Positions 60,469-64,000 of a stretch of DNA of 64,000 nucleotides are shown here, one piece after another (position 1 is the first letter of the stretch; each line of letters opens with the position of its first letter). The translations under genes and the position numbers were made by a program. The DNA comes from Squalus acanthias (Eukaryota), in assembly GCA_030390025.1 (NCBI GenBank), contig JASTWF010000034.1:992001-1056000 (forward strand). The letters are read 5' to 3'. Below the pieces are notes generated by a model. The model was given only the letters and a program-made list of their open reading frames with translations. It was not told the origin of the DNA and ran no database searches.

Positions 60469-60967
60469 GTCATCCCTTGCTGTTTTTTAAAAATTTACAA
60501 TCCTCTGGTCTCCCACCAATCTTGGCAACATTGTATGCCTTCGTTTTCAATTTGATACCATCCTTTACATCCTTAGTTCGGCACGGATGGTGCTCCCTTC
60601 TCTTAAAATCTTTCTTTCTCACTGGAATATATTTTTGTTGAGAGTTATGAAATATCTCCTTAAATGCCTGCCACTGCATTTCAACCTTCTTGCCCTTTAA
60701 TTTGTTTTTCCAGTCCACTTTAGCCAGTTCTTCCCTCATGCCATTATGATTGCCTTTGTTTAAGTTCAATTGATTAATTAGTTTTAAAATTTGGAACGCT
60801 TATATCTTTTAATCTACACCAAGGCACTTACATTTAGACGCTCAAGTTTGGAAAAAATCGAGAAATAGAGAAATACTCACCAACCAATCACTTAACTGCT
60901 TTCTGGTGACGTCACACTTCGATTACCTTTTACTTCTTAGCACTCACCGGTCCGTTGTATCTCAGCG

Positions 60968-61486
60968 TGTCCCGGGTTTTGAACTCTCCCGGGTTTTGGC
61001 GCTCTCGCTCTGCTCCAGCTGCTTTTCAACTCTCCCGGGTTTTGGCGCTCTCGTTCTGCTCCCGCAGCTTTTGAATTTTCCCGGGTTTTGGCGCTCTCGC
61101 TCTGCTCCCGCTGCTTTTGAACTCTCCCAGGTTTTGACGCTCTCGCTCTCCTCCCGCTGCTTTTGAACTCTCCCGGGTTTTGGCGCTCTCGCTCTGCTCC
61201 AGCTGCTTTTCAACTCTCCCGGGTTTTGGCGCTCTCGCTCTGCTCCGGCAGCTTTTGAACTCTCCCGGGTTTTGGCGCTCTCGTTCTGCTCCCGCAGCTT
61301 TTGAATTTTCCCGGGTTATGGCGCTCTCGCTCTGCTCCCGCTGCTTTTGAACTCTCCCAGGTTTTAGCGCTGCTCCCGCTGCATTTGAACTCTACAGGGT
61401 TTTGGCGCAATCGCTCTGCACCCGCTGCCTTTGAACTCTCCCCGGTTTTTGCGCACTCGCTCTGCTCCCATTGCTTTTGAACTTCC
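60968..61486. repeat. 46-bp CpG-rich tandem repeat, about 11 units
   Basis: Unit GAACTCTCCCGGGTTTTGGCGCTCTCGCTCTGCTCCAGCTGCTTTT at 60981, 61027 and 61073. Confidence 0.92.
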
Positions 61487-61487
61487 T

Positions 61488-62960
61488 GTGTCACAGGGGT
61501 ATAGTTTACAGGGGTTATCACGTGGGTATACTATACAGGGGATTGTCACGGGTATAGTACACAGGGGGTGTCACAGGGGTATAGTATACAGGGGCCTTTC
61601 ACAGGGGTGTAGTATGCAGGGGTGGGTGTCACGGGTATAGTATACAGGGGGTGTCAGAGGGGTATAGTATACAGGGGGCTTTCACAGGGGTGTAGTATAA
61701 AGGGGGAGTGTCACATTGGTATAGTATACAGTGGCGTGTCACGGGTAGGATACAGGGGAAGTGTCACGGGTATAGAGTTCAGGGGGTGTCACAGGTGTAT
61801 AGTATACGTGGGTGGTGTCAAAGGGCTATGGTATACAGGGGTTGTGTAACAGGGGTATTGTACACAGAGGGTGTGTCACTGGTATAGTATACAGGGGATG
61901 TTACTGGTATAGTGTACAGTGGGTGTCACAGGGCTATAGTATACAGGGGTTTTACAGGGGAATAGTATACAGGGGTTGTCACGTGTAAAGTATTAAGGGG
62001 GAGTCTCACGGGTATAGTATACAGGGGGTGTCACAGGTATAGTATACAGGGTTGGTGTCAGAGGGGTATAGTATACAGGGGATGGGTGTTACAGGGGAAT
62101 AGTGTACAGGAGTTGTCACGGGTATAGTATTAAGGGGAGGTTTCACGGGTATAATATACAGGGGTGTGTCACGGGTACAGTGTACAGGGGTTGTCACACG
62201 TATAGTATACAGGGGAGTGTCACAGGGCTATAGTATACAGGGGATTGTAAAGGTTATAGTATACTGGCGGTGTCACAGGTATAGTATAGAGGTGGTGTCA
62301 GAGGGGAATAGTATACGGGGGAGTGCCGCTGGGGTATAATATACGGGGGGTGTCATGGGTATAGTATACAGGGACTGTCACAGGGGTATAGTAAATGTAG
62401 TGTCATGGGTATAATATACAGGGGACTGTCACGGGTATAGTATACAGGGGAGTGTCACAATGGTACAGTATACAGGGGAGTGTCACAGGGGTACAGTATA
62501 CAGGGGGAGACAAAGGTATAGTTCATAGGGGGTGTCACGGTATAATTTATAGGGGGTATCACGGGTCTATTATACACAGTTATTATACAGGGTTGTGGAA
62601 GAGAGTATCACAGTCTAAGGATAAGTGGTAAGCAAATTAGGACTGAGATGAGGAGCAATTTCTTCAGCCAGAGAGTGGTGAACCTGTGGAATTCTCTACC
62701 ACAGAAGGCAGTTGAGGCCATTTCATTAAATATATTCAAGAAGGAGTTAGATATGTTTCTTAAGGCTAAAGGGATCAAGGGATATGGGGAGAAGGCAGGG
62801 ACAGGGTACTGAATTTGGATGATCAGCCATGATCTCATTAAATGGCGGAGCAGGCTCGAGGGGCCGAATGGCCTACTCGTGCTCCTATCTTCTATGCTTC
62901 TATGCTATGCACAGGGGCATTACACAGGGCGTCGTATATGGCGGATATTTTACAGGGGTG
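61488..62960 (+). repeat. About 26-29-bp degenerate minisatellite (GTCACAGGGGTATAGTATACAGGGG..), interrupted by a CR1 3' end
   Basis: Recurrent TATAGTATACAGGG core. Confidence 0.88.
62608..62905 (+). mobile_element. CR1 3' end
   Basis: Close match to 30070-30369 with TTCTATGC tail repeats. Confidence 0.88.
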
Positions 62961-63144
62961 ATGGAGATAAACTTGGTGATTAGAGACAGCGGAGGGGATG
63001 AATTAACAGGGGGGGGGATAAAAACGGGCAGTTCAAGGGGATCGCGGATTTAGAAATACAGATGGGGGGATAAACGGCAGGGCGGGTGACAGCCCGGGGG
63101 CTTAAAAGCCACTGGTGGTGTGGGTTGCAATCACAGGTAGGTAA

Positions 63145-63380
63145 AATACGGGTTAGAAACAGAGTACAGCTGTCTTTAACTGGCCCCATCAAACGTTCCC
63201 AGGACAGCTAGAACAGGGATTGGATAAAGAGTGAAGCTCCCGCTACACTGTCCCATCAAATACTCCCAGGGCAGGTACAGCACGGGTTAGATACAGAGTA
63301 AAGCTTCCTCTACACTCTCCCATCAAACACTCCCAGGGCAGGTACAGCATGGGTTAGATACAAAGTAAAGCTCCCTCTAA
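63145..63380 (-). repeat. Short block of the 67-bp satellite
   Basis: Same unit and orientation as 47445-50125. Confidence 0.88.
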
Positions 63381-64000
63381 ATACTTAAGAAAAGACATTC
63401 TTGCTCTCGAGTCAGTCCAAAGAAGGTTCACTCGGTTAATCCCGGGGATGAGGGGATGGACACATGAGGAGAGGTTGGGTAGATTGGGACTCTACTCATT
63501 GGAGTTCAGAAGAATGAGAGGCGATCTTATTGAGACATATACGATTGTGAAGGGGTTGGATCTGGCGGATGCGGGGAGGATGTTCCCGATGATGGGTGAA
63601 ACTAGAACTAGGGGGCATAGTCTTAGAATAAGGGGCTGTTCTTTCAAAACTGAGATGAGAAGGAACTACTTCACTCAGAGGTTGGTAGGTCCATGGAATA
63701 TGCCGCCCCAAAAAGCTGTAGAAGCTACATCATTACATAAATTTAAAACGGAAATAGACAGTTTCCTAGAAGTAAAGGGAATTAAGGGTTACGGGGAGCG
63801 GGCAGGAATTTGGACATGAGTCTAGGTTCGGATCGGTCATGGCCCTGTGGGTAGCGTAGCGGGCCCAGGGGCCGTGTAGCCTGATCCTGCTGCTATTTCG
63901 TGTGTCCAATTCTGTTAGGTTCAGGAGATGGTTCTGTGATAATAGATTTGCGGTTAGGATCAGATCAGCCATGATCTTATTGAATGGCGGAGCAGGCTCG
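63381..64000 (+). mobile_element. 5'-truncated CR1 with two tandem 3' UTR modules; runs off the window end
   Basis: ORF 63448-63819 is the ORF2 C-terminus; diverged UTR module at about 63830-63905, canonical module from about 63960. Confidence 0.87.

Larger units (their letters stand above)
58043..60965 (-). mobile_element. Decayed CR1 retaining a probable 5' UTR but lacking ORF1 and the endonuclease; carries a Penelope insert
   Basis: Tail at about 58045, RT pieces (FADDTK, PQGSVLGP), NLNKGN linker at 60769, then AT-rich and CpG-rich UTR-like sequence. Confidence 0.8.

Overview
Eukaryotic, repeat-saturated vertebrate DNA, most likely a cartilaginous fish (inferred from the CR1/L2/Penelope/SINE families and the GPCR type). 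The only intact host gene I can support is a two-exon, minus-strand class A GPCR of the GPR139/GPR142-like type: exon 1 38722-38542, exon 2 11913-11012, 360 aa. Its 26.6-kb intron holds about 15 kb of a 31-bp satellite interrupted by an apparently intact, full-length CR1 LINE (25797-30369). The rest is at least eight different tandem repeats, nested decayed CR1 and L2 fragments, a composite tRNA-SINE in two copies, Penelope fragments carrying minimal hammerhead ribozymes, and an orphan kanadaptin (SLC4A1AP)-like exon with a stop codon. The most striking signal is at the CR1 ORF1/ORF2 junction. A perfect U_UUA_AAC slippery heptamer abuts the ORF1 stop, ORF2 is in the -1 frame, and ORF2 has no AUG until the end of its endonuclease domain, which points to -1 programmed ribosomal frameshifting. 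Other candidates are a 24-copy YY1-motif array just past the GPCR stop, triplicated exon-1 splice-donor cassettes, a homeodomain-rich GPCR promoter, and a minisatellite born from an RT motif. Family assignments come from motif recognition only; no database searches were run, and boundaries of decayed repeats are approximate.
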